Shown here piece after piece: positions 29,501 to 37,664 of a stretch of DNA of 64,000 nucleotides (the stretch's first letter is position 1; the number at the start of each line of letters is the position of its first letter). The notes below the pieces were generated by a model. That model was not told the DNA's origin. It did not search any database and worked only from the letters and a program-made list of their open reading frames with translations. The stretch spans positions 32,001 to 96,000 of IMG/VR virus record IMGVR_UViG_3300032334_001937; one strand, given 5' to 3'. A program made the position numbers and the translations under genes. The DNA comes from a virus.

Positions 29501-31310
29501 GTTCGCTTGTTAAATATTGTGTTTGTTCTCCAAGATTTTGGCTTTGGCCAGTAAGTCTTTGATATCCTGTTCTTAATGTAAGGAAAAGTTTCATTATGTT
29601 TGCAACACCGTTTGCAAGCAAACCAAATGTCATCAAAAGAATTGGACCAAGACCACCAATAACTCCAGCGGTAATTGCTACAAACTTTTTAGTGCCATCA
29701 GATAAGTTATTAAACTTATCAAGTACTTTAGTAACAAAATCAATAACTGGAGTAAATGCTTTCATGAACACTTCTCCTACTGGAGCAAGAGATGCTTTAA
29801 GCTTTGCAACTGCTGCTTGAAATTTAATTAATGCAGATGCTGATGTTACACCTAATTCTTTTTCGGTAAGGCTTGCAAGATTCCCTGCTGACTGACCTGC
29901 TAAATCAAGAACTCTTGATGCCTGATTTCCTGACTGAATAACATTCTTCATCAATGTTGAAATACGTGCAAACTGGAATTTACCAAACATTGTTTCAATT
30001 GCTCTTGCTCTAGCAAGTGGATCTAATCTATCAAGTTCTTTAGCAAACTCAACAACTGTTGCCTTAAGATTACCCTTGTTTTTATTTACAATTCCATTTA
30101 TATTAATTCCCATACTTGCAAGCATTTCATTTGCTTTTTTGCTTGGGTTAATTAAAGAGGCTAAGCCAGACTTTAGTGCGTTAGCACCTTCTGATGCATT
30201 AACTCCTCCTTCTTTCATTGCAGTAAGGAAGAAAGCTAAGTCTTTTACATCTCCACCAAGTGACTGAATTACTGGAGCTACCTTTGGAATAGCTGTTGTA
30301 ATATCATCAAGAGATGTTACAGTTTGGTTTTCTACTGCGTTAAGGAAGTCAATTGTTGTAGCAAGCTCTGTTGAAGAAATCTTAAAAGCATTTTGAAGAG
30401 ATATAGTTGTTTCAAGTGCTTGCTGTTGTTCAATTTGTCCAAGGATAGCAAGCTTAGTTGCTGCATCTGTTTGTGCAATTAAGTCTGCATTCTTAAAACC
30501 TGCTGCAGCTGCTTGAGAAGCAAGCTCTACTGTCTTAGATACTTCAACGCCATACTTTGTATACCCGTCAGCAAGTGCTCTGATATTCTTTAATGCAGCT
30601 TCTGTTTCTACTTGATTAGTACCAAGATCGCCATATACTTTTCTAAATCTAATTACTTCTGTTTCTAATGTCTTAAAAGACTTGGCTGCTGCCTGACCAA
30701 ATGCAGCAAGTGGTAGAGTAAAACCAACCATAAGCTGACGACCAGCCCACTGAGTATTTTTACCAAAGTTAAGAAGACTTGTTGATCCTTGTTTTATTAA
30801 CTGATTAAAGATTGCTTGCTTTTGAGCTGCTATCTGAGTTTGTGTACTCAGATTATTCATGTCAAGAGTTAATGGTCTGATAGCAATTGCCTTCATTGCT
30901 CCAGTTGCATCACGACCCATCTTGATGTATTGGGTCTGTAATGTCTTTACACGTTCTTCGGCTACCTTGCCAATTGTGTCAAATTCACTCTTAAATGCTT
31001 TACCAAATGTTTTTGTTGCTGCCCCAGCATATCTGAAGTACTCACGCATTGAGAGCTTATTGCCCTCAAGCGATGTAGTAAATGATTCTGCTGTTGTTTT
31101 TACTGTGCGGAGTTCTGCAGAGAAAGCACCAATAGCATTTACACTATTGACAAAATTTCTCTGCAGATCCCTCTGAGCAAGTGCTGCTGCTTCACTACTT
31201 TTAGCAACAGATGAGTGAAACTGAGATATCTGACGTTGTAGGGCCTTTAGTTGGTCCAATGCTGCAGACGTATCAATATTTACGCCAATATTAGCATTTA
31301 CATCAGACAT
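23520..31310 (-). CDS. tape measure protein with C-terminal cargo domains (ART-like, OmpA-like)
   Basis: 2596 aa, Ala-rich helical, TMP core (EGANALKSGLASL), GPGTGTSDSI..SNGE motifs; follows the tail chaperones. Confidence 0.9.
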   Translation of the reverse strand: MSDVNANIGVNIDTSAALDQLKALQRQISQFHSSVAKSSEAAALAQRDLQRNFVNSVNAIGAFSAELRTVKTTAESFTTSLEGNKLSMREYFRYAGAATKTFGKAFKSEFDTIGKVAEERVKTLQTQYIKMGRDATGAMKAIAIRPLTLDMNNLSTQTQIAAQKQAIFNQLIKQGSTSLLNFGKNTQWAGRQLMVGFTLPLAAFGQAAAKSFKTLETEVIRFRKVYGDLGTNQVETEAALKNIRALADGYTKYGVEVSKTVELASQAAAAGFKNADLIAQTDAATKLAILGQIEQQQALETTISLQNAFKISSTELATTIDFLNAVENQTVTSLDDITTAIPKVAPVIQSLGGDVKDLAFFLTAMKEGGVNASEGANALKSGLASLINPSKKANEMLASMGININGIVNKNKGNLKATVVEFAKELDRLDPLARARAIETMFGKFQFARISTLMKNVIQSGNQASRVLDLAGQSAGNLASLTEKELGVTSASALIKFQAAVAKLKASLAPVGEVFMKAFTPVIDFVTKVLDKFNNLSDGTKKFVAITAGVIGGLGPILLMTFGLLANGVANIMKLFLTLRTGYQRLTGQSQNLGEQTQYLTSEQLDAAAAAHSLEQAHATLTQQFTVEAGAVNQLRVAYERAIVAAKTFAMSNPGMMKAPALKKFATGTPGVVTGPGTGTSDSIIARISNGEAIIPAAVVSKHPDLINSLVADNLPGFPTGRGTKLKGGTTGPLEDIEIKAYRNATIYLQDWINQQLGSSTGASMQDVIASLRQSGGAAASPLLAVMADSMGVSVEDPTLHKDFEVAGKKLIESSISALEKSGKTLVTDLDLENIVVPAMRKEAETINIGGKQAAAAINSAIDDIRTVAMVGSGTGSSVPRTSLGKSYIDFREKAQALAVRLNPFAFRKGERPSKSSETGTKPEFQMKNVPNTLPDVLPELGTLPPKDMPEERKSYLSQRIALNRARKRAQENSLKEYTGAQAAHIMPGITASVKEIEVRTKAIIANAHDRLIKFAEKVAIETGRRATKGVAQGAETASNSQASKRTGKYIDGGLAEGMIADEKIVTAAGKKIGVEAVQSVDVGAKEALKKRRVATRTQGPAQIGPSMPENAMSLPIVAALTEQEKLAAGKENGNKTKDAGKSRFGLSGRGMAAGAGLMVGSMALSALPEFTGKALAQSTANMAAMGAMFGVWGAAAGAAIGLVTAGITSLVEMHRKHEATVKATYTASADVISMFGGTMLDQTAKIHVFATSVKDTNKELSELQKRVNAINKLKSDNPLKLVADSLKGMSSESSVVGTVRQFVAAQVANGMDPSKVKDLITTLLTYAGKTEYLKKAIDSVTTSTKNSTTATGTWISKLRNAARPLSNLDVAYDGLTKQQKRVADAALLVASRILDSKTSYEDAIRMANALSKALGGTAQAYQYLIIAANKSDIALGAQLTKLRALGASFAEAQIFLKAAQSVPMTPGQTEEARQKQILDAVKKDLEKTNADIQKQNAKDRADYAAKVANLKAAEKANSKSALEIAKAELKVLQKKLQAQQDATAELKNQQDYLQKQASLDAEILDAKIHGNYVLAEQLRQQQANNTVDYNNQNALTALEKQIAAKQDEVDKLQADKDKKDNIIASAGPAPVATPTIDIKGALDRISRMFNFDKSNPLPVVVVSGAGSMTPTRAIDGKTVGAAADKALQQRSGVTRTSTGDSVYVFEWNGKQYAVDGAGVIQQWNPQTLSVKGKPVNRNTTKKADGGFISGPGSTTSDSIPAMLSNKEYVVNASAVDKYGVGFFDQLNAKKFATGGPVGKKNGNFFSRFNPVNMFSSYLSGMMGMGASKIDPRVSSYKSAVSQTEKDRIALLAAQGLSGYTSAFNLKNNTSPEIFGHKGLGVAADVLGVLPAVGLAGKLGMGTKSAIVPKVTVHAAMDDNFVPKLPQYRPSMGNSYVMQRVIQQNKAFAEAQAVKTSKLSEDTVSSIKKYQQMIADHRTKIKDLESGKFFKDHTWAKPEDAPSMIENSKTTIADALKLLKLSRKTDTPPGGINALDLYTQKPMYAQKDDWGVINSLLTRKPMGEDQVVYRGLSLKDMADIVGHKTVPNKALQNGKAWMDKFGYNSMTQDAPWSHFTSRWKENAVDLIKASGKPEPRYDSPEAAPFKEFDKGLNVGQSWIPDMHKSFTDNLDWAKVIATQGGTGGGQAGAIAKVILGKDVRGIKNLMDLGLGGYFKDATAKEQYVAAYTEFVLKAINPLAIKIPAEGGHFIGEGASQQWVGPSASKLLDEYVFEAKRTLPSPHIPHFGTAGPRWNQPNAFQNINKPKFARGGQVTNYSKNFQGEVKPTYQGGTMMGPAAAWQEAHKEIIKIKVPPIRSNFSTNSYDLNKKQRLELQKLASQLIDNNIKSIVVQGHADSRGGVDNDLLSLNRAKATASYLSKFAKGIKFMPIGFGTYEPLAPNTNATNMAKNRRAELFLPDQYKTVYPEFNPEKFNTIIQGGGEITSKGTIGYSGPNFGKIIDAAKSKFGFAKGGMVKFNIPSYDVGTDYVPADTLAMVHKGERIIPADQNKTYNDGGMTNHFIINGTDLNKKEIADEIMVRLDRVQRQNNKTNKVMM

Positions 31311-31332
31311 GTATCACCTCTTTTAAGTTTTA

Positions 31333-31653
31333 TTATTCAGCTGGTAAAACGTTGACCAGTGAACCAAGCTCAATGCCTGATGCTGCTTCAACAATTTTAT
31401 AAACAGTTGGAAGGTCAAGAATTTCTTCCAATGTTGCCAAATCTTTTGCCAGTTCTGGCTTGTACTGCTCCATAGCAATTTGAACACACTCAATCAAAAT
31501 ATTCATTGATTTTTCGTTGTTGTCTGCGACAGTAGCTATACCCTCAAACTTCTTCATAAATGGGCGGAGCAAAGAAATTTTTAGAGGCTTAACCTCAATC
31601 TTTGTACCGTCCATAAGAATAAGTTCATTACCCTCATGTACTTTCGTTGCCAT
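31333..31653 (-). CDS. tail assembly chaperone, short form
   Basis: Directly upstream of the TMP; paralogous to the N half of 31685..32389. Confidence 0.7.
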   Translation of the reverse strand: MATKVHEGNELILMDGTKIEVKPLKISLLRPFMKKFEGIATVADNNEKSMNILIECVQIAMEQYKPELAKDLATLEEILDLPTVYKIVEAASGIELGSLVNVLPAE

Positions 31654-31684
31654 TATTTTATTCCTCCTATATAGGCTTAGTCAA

Positions 31685-32389
31685 TTATAGCATAGCGGAG
31701 GGGTCTCTAGCGTCTTCATAATCAAGACCAAGACCAATACCAAACCCTGCTTTCTGTGCATTTACTCCTTGTAAAGCAAGAACATCATTACTATCAGAAG
31801 TTGCCCCACCACTAAATACTCTAGCCTTCATATCTTCCCATTGCTTTTGACCTTGCTCTTGTTCACCTTCAAGATCAACCCCTTGCATTGCTGCTAAAAA
31901 TTTCTTTTCTTCATAGTCTAATTCTCTTTTACTTGCTAGGGTTGCCAATAACTCTGGCATAGATAAAGATAATTCTAGTTCATGATAATCTTTCCATATA
32001 CCCAGTAAAAATACTTCTGACTCTAATTTAGCCAAGTCTAAGTCTGCCCATGTCATTCCGCTGCTAGTTGCTTGACTCTTTACGGTTTCTTGAGAATCTT
32101 CATTTATCTTAATTCCCGCAGCAACATCAAGAACCAAATATACATTTGGCAAATCAAGATTATCTTCAACATCATCTTTTGTTTTTGATATTTCAGGAAA
32201 GTACTGCTTCATTGATATTCTAACGCATTCAACTAAAAGGTCTATTGACTCATCATCAGTTTCTGCAGTTTGCACTTTTTGAAAAGCGTCCATGAACTCA
32301 CGAAGGTACTTAATTTTTAAAGGCATTGCCTCTATTTCAGTTCCATCAATAAGTTTAATTATTTTATTATTGTAAACAGTTGTAGCCAT
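31685..32389 (-). CDS. tail assembly chaperone, long form
   Basis: Likely start MATTVYNN at 32389; lies between the major tail gene and TMP; N-domain paralog of 31333..31653 plus a C-domain. Confidence 0.7.
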   Translation of the reverse strand: MATTVYNNKIIKLIDGTEIEAMPLKIKYLREFMDAFQKVQTAETDDESIDLLVECVRISMKQYFPEISKTKDDVEDNLDLPNVYLVLDVAAGIKINEDSQETVKSQATSSGMTWADLDLAKLESEVFLLGIWKDYHELELSLSMPELLATLASKRELDYEEKKFLAAMQGVDLEGEQEQGQKQWEDMKARVFSGGATSDSNDVLALQGVNAQKAGFGIGLGLDYEDARDPSAML

Positions 32390-32422
32390 ATACTTCAATT
32401 TTAGCATATAGAAACAACAAAA

Positions 32423-32442
32423 CCCACTATTTTCATAGTGGG
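32423..32442 (-). terminator. intrinsic terminator after the major tail gene
   Basis: CCCACTAT-N4-ATAGTGGG hairpin followed on the minus strand by TTTTGTTGTTT. Confidence 0.75.
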
Positions 32443-32464
32443 CTCAGTCGTATAATTTATTAAA

Positions 32465-33103
32465 TTATGAAGCAGGTGTGAAGGTACGATCTACGATCTT
32501 ACCGTATGAACCTGAAACGTCTTCTGGAAGAAGACGGAAGTTAACTGCGAACATTGAAGCTTCGTTACGCTTTGCAGATACTGTAACATTTTCAATTGAA
32601 AGTGCACGGTATGCTGTGTAAACACGCTCTACTGTTGTTGAATCAACGCAATCACCAGTTCCTGGACCGACTGCGATAACTCCACGCTCTACTGGGCATT
32701 CGCCAATATCGCCTGCAGAAAGATCAAGTACACGGCCAGCTGATGTTGACTTTGTACCTGAAAGCTTTGAATCCTTATATGCAAGTGCAAGAAGAAGGTT
32801 CTCTAGTGTAGCTTCTGCGAAAGAAGTTGCAAGAGAAACCTGCATGCCCTGCTTATAAAGCTTTGCAACGTCAAGAATCTGGTCTACCTGGACTTCACCG
32901 AAATCTGGTTGGAACTGCAATTCAAGACCATTTGTTGTATAGCCTACGTTTGTGTAATCTGCGTCATTTGTAAGGGTATCCTTATAAGACTTAGAAGACT
33001 CAAATGCTGTAAGGCTTGCTGCATCAAGAGTTGTATCTGCAACGAAAAGTGCTGCTGCACCAACGATGATGTTGGTTGATGTACCACGACTATAGTTAGC
33101 CAT
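32465..33103 (-). CDS. major tail (tube) protein
   Basis: NIIVGAAALFV, VGYTTNGLEL, LAEATLENL-like motif; strong SD GAGGTG. Confidence 0.8.
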   Translation of the reverse strand: MANYSRGTSTNIIVGAAALFVADTTLDAASLTAFESSKSYKDTLTNDADYTNVGYTTNGLELQFQPDFGEVQVDQILDVAKLYKQGMQVSLATSFAEATLENLLLALAYKDSKLSGTKSTSAGRVLDLSAGDIGECPVERGVIAVGPGTGDCVDSTTVERVYTAYRALSIENVTVSAKRNEASMFAVNFRLLPEDVSGSYGKIVDRTFTPAS

Positions 33104-33181
33104 ATTTTCACCTCTTTTTTCTAAATAGGGTTATTAAGTTGTTTGGCGTTGTGTTTCCTCAAACCCAGTATAACAGCATTT

Positions 33182-33715
33182 TTAATTGTATAAAGTAGTA
33201 TTAGTATGGTAGTCGTACTCAACGATTATCTTGTTTTTCCAGTTAAATTTGACTGATGCCAGCTCTAGCAGATCCCTGGTCTCGTCAATCTGGAATACCC
33301 TAAAATTGTGGAAAAATACATTTAAAGGTGGAAGATCAGCATTATTCTGACTTAGCCAGGTGTTCACATCTTGAGCTGCAGCATCCTCACGGTCTAGGGC
33401 CTCTGTTATTACTCTTGAAATATTTATGCCCTTGATATCACTTGTAGCATGAATTGTATAGACTAATTGCTCTTTTTTATTCCAGTAACTTGTGTCTGAT
33501 CCATAGCGAATGAGTCTATCCCAAAATATCATGAATGGAGCACCATCTACAGATATCTCTGTAAATAGGTCATCTAGGTTTGTTGACTGTACTGGAAATA
33601 TTGGATCAATTCCTTCAATTCCAGTTAATAGGTCAAATTCTTGTAATTGTGCAAGAATATATTTATTAACCAATACTGGTGGAAATGCTGTCTGTAGTGA
33701 TACGCTTTCTGCCAT
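33182..33715 (-). CDS. tail terminator / head-tail joining protein
   Basis: Size and position immediately upstream of the major tail gene. Confidence 0.5.
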   Translation of the reverse strand: MAESVSLQTAFPPVLVNKYILAQLQEFDLLTGIEGIDPIFPVQSTNLDDLFTEISVDGAPFMIFWDRLIRYGSDTSYWNKKEQLVYTIHATSDIKGINISRVITEALDREDAAAQDVNTWLSQNNADLPPLNVFFHNFRVFQIDETRDLLELASVKFNWKNKIIVEYDYHTNTTLYN

Positions 33716-33719
33716 GATA

Positions 33720-34397
33720 TTATGCTACTCCAATTTTTGCGTTTACTATCCATTTGAATCCAGTATCAACTCCTGTTGATCTACCGTTCCTTGCTCCAGA
33801 GGCAAAGTTCTTTTTGTATATTACTGGATTTTTAATATAATCATAAAGACCTGAAGACTTTAAAAATGATTGCTTAAAATATCTATTAAAAAATTGATCT
33901 GTTATTTTTTGTAAAGATCCTTGAACAAATTCTCCACCTGGGTTATCAACAACTATTTCTTTATCTGTAAAAATTGTTTCCCCATTGATTTCAAAAACAA
34001 GCTTGTCTGCTTTTTTAGGAGATATGGTTACTGGTATTCCTTCTTCCATAATTCGTGCCTTATCGTAAAATGGTGTTCTTGATCCATTTGATACTGTGGT
34101 TGATTGTTTAAAAGTTGATCTAAAGGATAAACCAAGATTACTAACAGTATAATCAAAGTTGTAAAGTCTTGCATTAGGGCTTCCTGTTTGATACCACTCA
34201 TAAATATGATGCAATGCTTTTGGGTTTGATCGTGCTTCGGAATCAACATATTGTTTTAATACCTCAACAACGTTCATGCCAAGATTATTCAGGAATAAAG
34301 TTTTTCCACGATTAGCTCCATCTAAAAATCCAACAGAATACTCATAGATGTTTAACAGTTTCTTTTCAAGTTCTTTGGTACTTAATGATACTTTCAT
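33720..34397 (-). CDS. neck / tail completion protein
   Basis: Position in the head-tail connector block. Confidence 0.5.
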   Translation of the reverse strand: MKVSLSTKELEKKLLNIYEYSVGFLDGANRGKTLFLNNLGMNVVEVLKQYVDSEARSNPKALHHIYEWYQTGSPNARLYNFDYTVSNLGLSFRSTFKQSTTVSNGSRTPFYDKARIMEEGIPVTISPKKADKLVFEINGETIFTDKEIVVDNPGGEFVQGSLQKITDQFFNRYFKQSFLKSSGLYDYIKNPVIYKKNFASGARNGRSTGVDTGFKWIVNAKIGVA

Positions 34398-34861
34398 TGA
34401 TCACCAACTGTTTGATTTTCTGACCTACGCCACATCATATAATAATATTCAATATTTTGAAGACCGCCTACAAATGGCTCAAGGGTTGCAACTTCAAATA
34501 TTGTTCCTCTTCCTTTTCTAGGTCCTGCTGTTTCTCTATAGACTATGTTATCTCCAGGAAGCCTTACATTTGTAACTAAAATGTTTGTTATATTATTGTT
34601 ATCATTTTTAGTAGAGGTTCTAATATCTACTCTTGATCTTGCCATTAATTTTCCATCTTGTTGCAAAAATACCTCTGGACTAATTTCTTCTTGAGTTCTT
34701 TTTGTAATAGACTGTGCATTGCAGGCAATAGTTCTATCAAAGATCCATTCTTTTACTGCTTTGCCATATTCATTTTGAGTAATCACTGCATAGTAAACAT
34801 CAGCAAGCATTGGATACATAAAGTCTGTTGACTCACATGGATTTGATGATGCACCATACAT
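34394..34861 (-). CDS. head closure (stopper) protein
   Basis: QNEYGKAVKEW motif and position. Confidence 0.55.
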   Translation of the reverse strand: MYGASSNPCESTDFMYPMLADVYYAVITQNEYGKAVKEWIFDRTIACNAQSITKRTQEEISPEVFLQQDGKLMARSRVDIRTSTKNDNNNITNILVTNVRLPGDNIVYRETAGPRKGRGTIFEVATLEPFVGGLQNIEYYYMMWRRSENQTVGDQ

Positions 34862-35841
34862 TACAACAGTCCTGGTGTACGCAAGTTTGTTACATATTTA
34901 TCAAGAATAATGTCAACAAGAATATTTCCTGTACCAAAGAACTTAGATGGGTCATACTTAAGGCTAAACTGATCTGTTTGATACTCAGTTATATATGCTT
35001 TGTAGTGATCCATTCTTCCACACTTAAGGTCTTCAATCATCATTCCTACTGCATCACGAACATCGTTTGGAATAACCTTATACCCTGCTTCATAAACAAA
35101 TACATAATCAAAACCTTCGGGAAATGACACTGCTGGGTTTCTTGTATTAATCCACATATTGTCAAAATTCTCATATGGAGCATATGTATAAAATGAATCA
35201 GATCCAGCATCTCTATATTTTAGTGGTTTACGCTCATTGCGATTCTTTGGTTCATACTGACTTGAGTCTGTTGGAACCTTAACGATAGATGTTCTATCTT
35301 TTGTAATTACATAGTCAAACCCTGCAAGTGCTGGAGTTGTAGCCTTTGAATCAAATACCATTATGCCATTTTCATAGACTTCATCAATCTTATAAATAGT
35401 TTCCCAGAATGGCATATAGTCTGTTCCTTGACCAACAACCTCAAGGACTTTCTTCTCAAATGTAAAACCACGGCTAATAAGTGAGTCAACAATAGCTCTT
35501 GCAATACGTTCATTATATGTTGCTTCTGCAATTTCTGATGCTGTTGTACCCAATGTTTTTGGATCAACATATGGTCTAACAATACTAAGAATATCTTGTA
35601 CTAAAATGTGTTCTTCTGCATCATTATTAATTTCATAAATTTGTACAGAATAATCATGATCATAGGTAATAAAATCACCTGTCAAAGTAAAAGTAATTTG
35701 TGAATTATTGTCTGATGTAATAACCTCAGATGCCTCAACGGTTTTTGGAGCATTTTCAATTGTAAAAAGATAGTCCGTGTTTGGTTCTGGAACATCATAC
35801 TTAACATCAATAGGATATGGTGGGAGTCTAAGAATGATCAT
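34861..35841 (-). CDS. head-tail adaptor protein
   Basis: YEAGYKVIPNDVRDAV...TGNILVDIILDKY, typical of adaptors. Confidence 0.65.
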   Translation of the reverse strand: MIILRLPPYPIDVKYDVPEPNTDYLFTIENAPKTVEASEVITSDNNSQITFTLTGDFITYDHDYSVQIYEINNDAEEHILVQDILSIVRPYVDPKTLGTTASEIAEATYNERIARAIVDSLISRGFTFEKKVLEVVGQGTDYMPFWETIYKIDEVYENGIMVFDSKATTPALAGFDYVITKDRTSIVKVPTDSSQYEPKNRNERKPLKYRDAGSDSFYTYAPYENFDNMWINTRNPAVSFPEGFDYVFVYEAGYKVIPNDVRDAVGMMIEDLKCGRMDHYKAYITEYQTDQFSLKYDPSKFFGTGNILVDIILDKYVTNLRTPGLL

Positions 35842-35843
35842 AA

Positions 35844-36185
35844 TTATTTACCGTAGTGTTTTGCTACCTCTTGGGGTGTCGCTATGCGAACCTTATTGTG
35901 GGTAAGCCACTTTTCGGAAACCTCCTTGGTTACAATATTATAGCCTTTTACGACTTCTCCAACACCATTCCAGAAAATATTACGTTCTGAAAAAAGTGCT
36001 ACTTTTTCGTCCTTTGGCTTTTCTACCTTTGGTTCCGCTATTGATTCTTCTCTGGGTGTCCAACTAGCAATTACCTCAAGCATATGAGCCTTAGTCTTTA
36101 CCCCAAATAAATCAATGTTATTTTTCTTTGCATAAGACTTTATTTCCATAACAGTCTTTTTAGACAAATCTTCAATAATAGACAT
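35844..36185 (-). CDS. Rho-N/HeH-like domain protein
   Basis: LSKKTVMEIKSYAKKNNI...KAHMLEVI. Confidence 0.55.
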   Translation of the reverse strand: MSIIEDLSKKTVMEIKSYAKKNNIDLFGVKTKAHMLEVIASWTPREESIAEPKVEKPKDEKVALFSERNIFWNGVGEVVKGYNIVTKEVSEKWLTHNKVRIATPQEVAKHYGK

Positions 36186-36213
36186 TAATTCCTCCTATGT
36201 CATTATACCAGAA

Positions 36214-36456
36214 TTAGCGCCGTCTTCTTCCTCTACCAAAATTATTTTGTGATGGTAAACGAATTCCATTTGGTGTTCCAGATGGATTGACTGCGTTTGG
36301 ACCTGATGTATCACCCATGTTTGCATTACCAAATGTTCCCATGGTATTAACTTGCAAACCACCTGGACCCATAATGATTACTCCTGGGTTTCCAAGTGTA
36401 ACAATAGCACCTTCTGCAACATGTGTATGATCTTGTGGTGTTCCTGGATATGACAT
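36214..36456 (-). CDS. 80-aa paralog of the major capsid N-terminal arm with Arg-rich tail
   Basis: Aligns by eye to the capsid N terminus; has its own AGGAG SD. Confidence 0.7.
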   Translation of the reverse strand: MSYPGTPQDHTHVAEGAIVTLGNPGVIIMGPGGLQVNTMGTFGNANMGDTSGPNAVNPSGTPNGIRLPSQNNFGRGRRRR

Positions 36457-36524
36457 TTATTCTCCTTATAAATGACTAAAGGGGGACAGATTTTACTCCA
36501 TCCCCCAAGTCAATCGTTTTGCGA

Positions 36525-37637
36525 TTATGAGTTGTTTGCTGCTGTTGCGAATGCAACTGCGTCAAGTTCTTCCCACTGAAGACCAAAGCGGACGAATACT
36601 GTGTATTCAATTGTGTCCTTCTTTGGCTGGTAGAAACGGTTTACAGTGATATCACGCTGGAATCCCCATACACGGTTCTGAGGGAATGTAAGATCTACAT
36701 AACCTGCAGGGTAGTAAGGAACTTCCTGAACTTCAACACCGAGAACACGTGTTGTACGTGCTCCACCAAATGTCTGAGCGTTTCCATCATAGTATGCCTG
36801 ACGGTTAGCCTCAGTACCACCAAGACGTGGTGTAAATGCTTCTGCAATTGCATCAGCAAGTGTACCGTTGTTCTTGACAATACCCTGGAATGCGTCTGTA
36901 CCAGCATAGAACTTAAGATTGTTCTTAATTGCACGGTACTTACGTGGCATTGCAAGGATGATATCCTGAAGGATTGGGGTTGTCCAGTTGTTATTAGCAA
37001 CTGTTACGAGAGACTCGTGTGAATCTCCGCCCTGTACCTTTGAAACAAAGCCTTCCATGATTGAAAGGAAGTTTCCTGTTGAACCGTCACCGTTGATCGC
37101 AAGATCTTCAATGTCGTTAGCAAAAGCTGTTGTCATCAAACGTACGAGATGGTCTTCAAGAGCTCCACCTTCTACGTTATCTTCAAGTGCTTCTGTTGAT
37201 ACTTCCCAGTCAAGACGAATCTTCTTAGTAGTCAATTCAACCTTTGAGAAAGTTGCGCCTGCATTTGTAAATGTAGGGTCTGCCTGTGCTGCTGCACGAA
37301 TTACACGCTCACCAACGTTAACCTTTTCAAGTTCCATTGTGTTGGCTCTCATAGTAACTCTACGTCCATCCTTAGCGAGAACTGTAGCATCCCACACATA
37401 ATCAATGAAGCGACGAGCTTGTTCAGGCAATAGGATACCACCTGGTGTACCTACAGGGTTAACTGCGTTTGCACCAAATGTTCCGTAATTTGCACCATCA
37501 ATGTTACCCATAACGCCTTCACGACCATTAACAATGGCTGCTGCGTCTGCGGTAGAACCAGATGCTACTGCACCCTCACCTGTGTGGGTGTGGCCCTGTG
37601 TAGTTCCTGGATAGTTTTTTACGATATCTTCTGACAT
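36525..37637 (-). CDS. major capsid protein (HK97 fold)
   Basis: GGILLPEQARRFID, STEALEDNVEG, DIEDLAINGD; SD AGGAGGTG before ATG 37637. Confidence 0.9.
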   Translation of the reverse strand: MSEDIVKNYPGTTQGHTHTGEGAVASGSTADAAAIVNGREGVMGNIDGANYGTFGANAVNPVGTPGGILLPEQARRFIDYVWDATVLAKDGRRVTMRANTMELEKVNVGERVIRAAAQADPTFTNAGATFSKVELTTKKIRLDWEVSTEALEDNVEGGALEDHLVRLMTTAFANDIEDLAINGDGSTGNFLSIMEGFVSKVQGGDSHESLVTVANNNWTTPILQDIILAMPRKYRAIKNNLKFYAGTDAFQGIVKNNGTLADAIAEAFTPRLGGTEANRQAYYDGNAQTFGGARTTRVLGVEVQEVPYYPAGYVDLTFPQNRVWGFQRDITVNRFYQPKKDTIEYTVFVRFGLQWEELDAVAFATAANNS

Positions 37638-37664
37638 ATTGTTCACCTCCTAGTGATTTTTATG

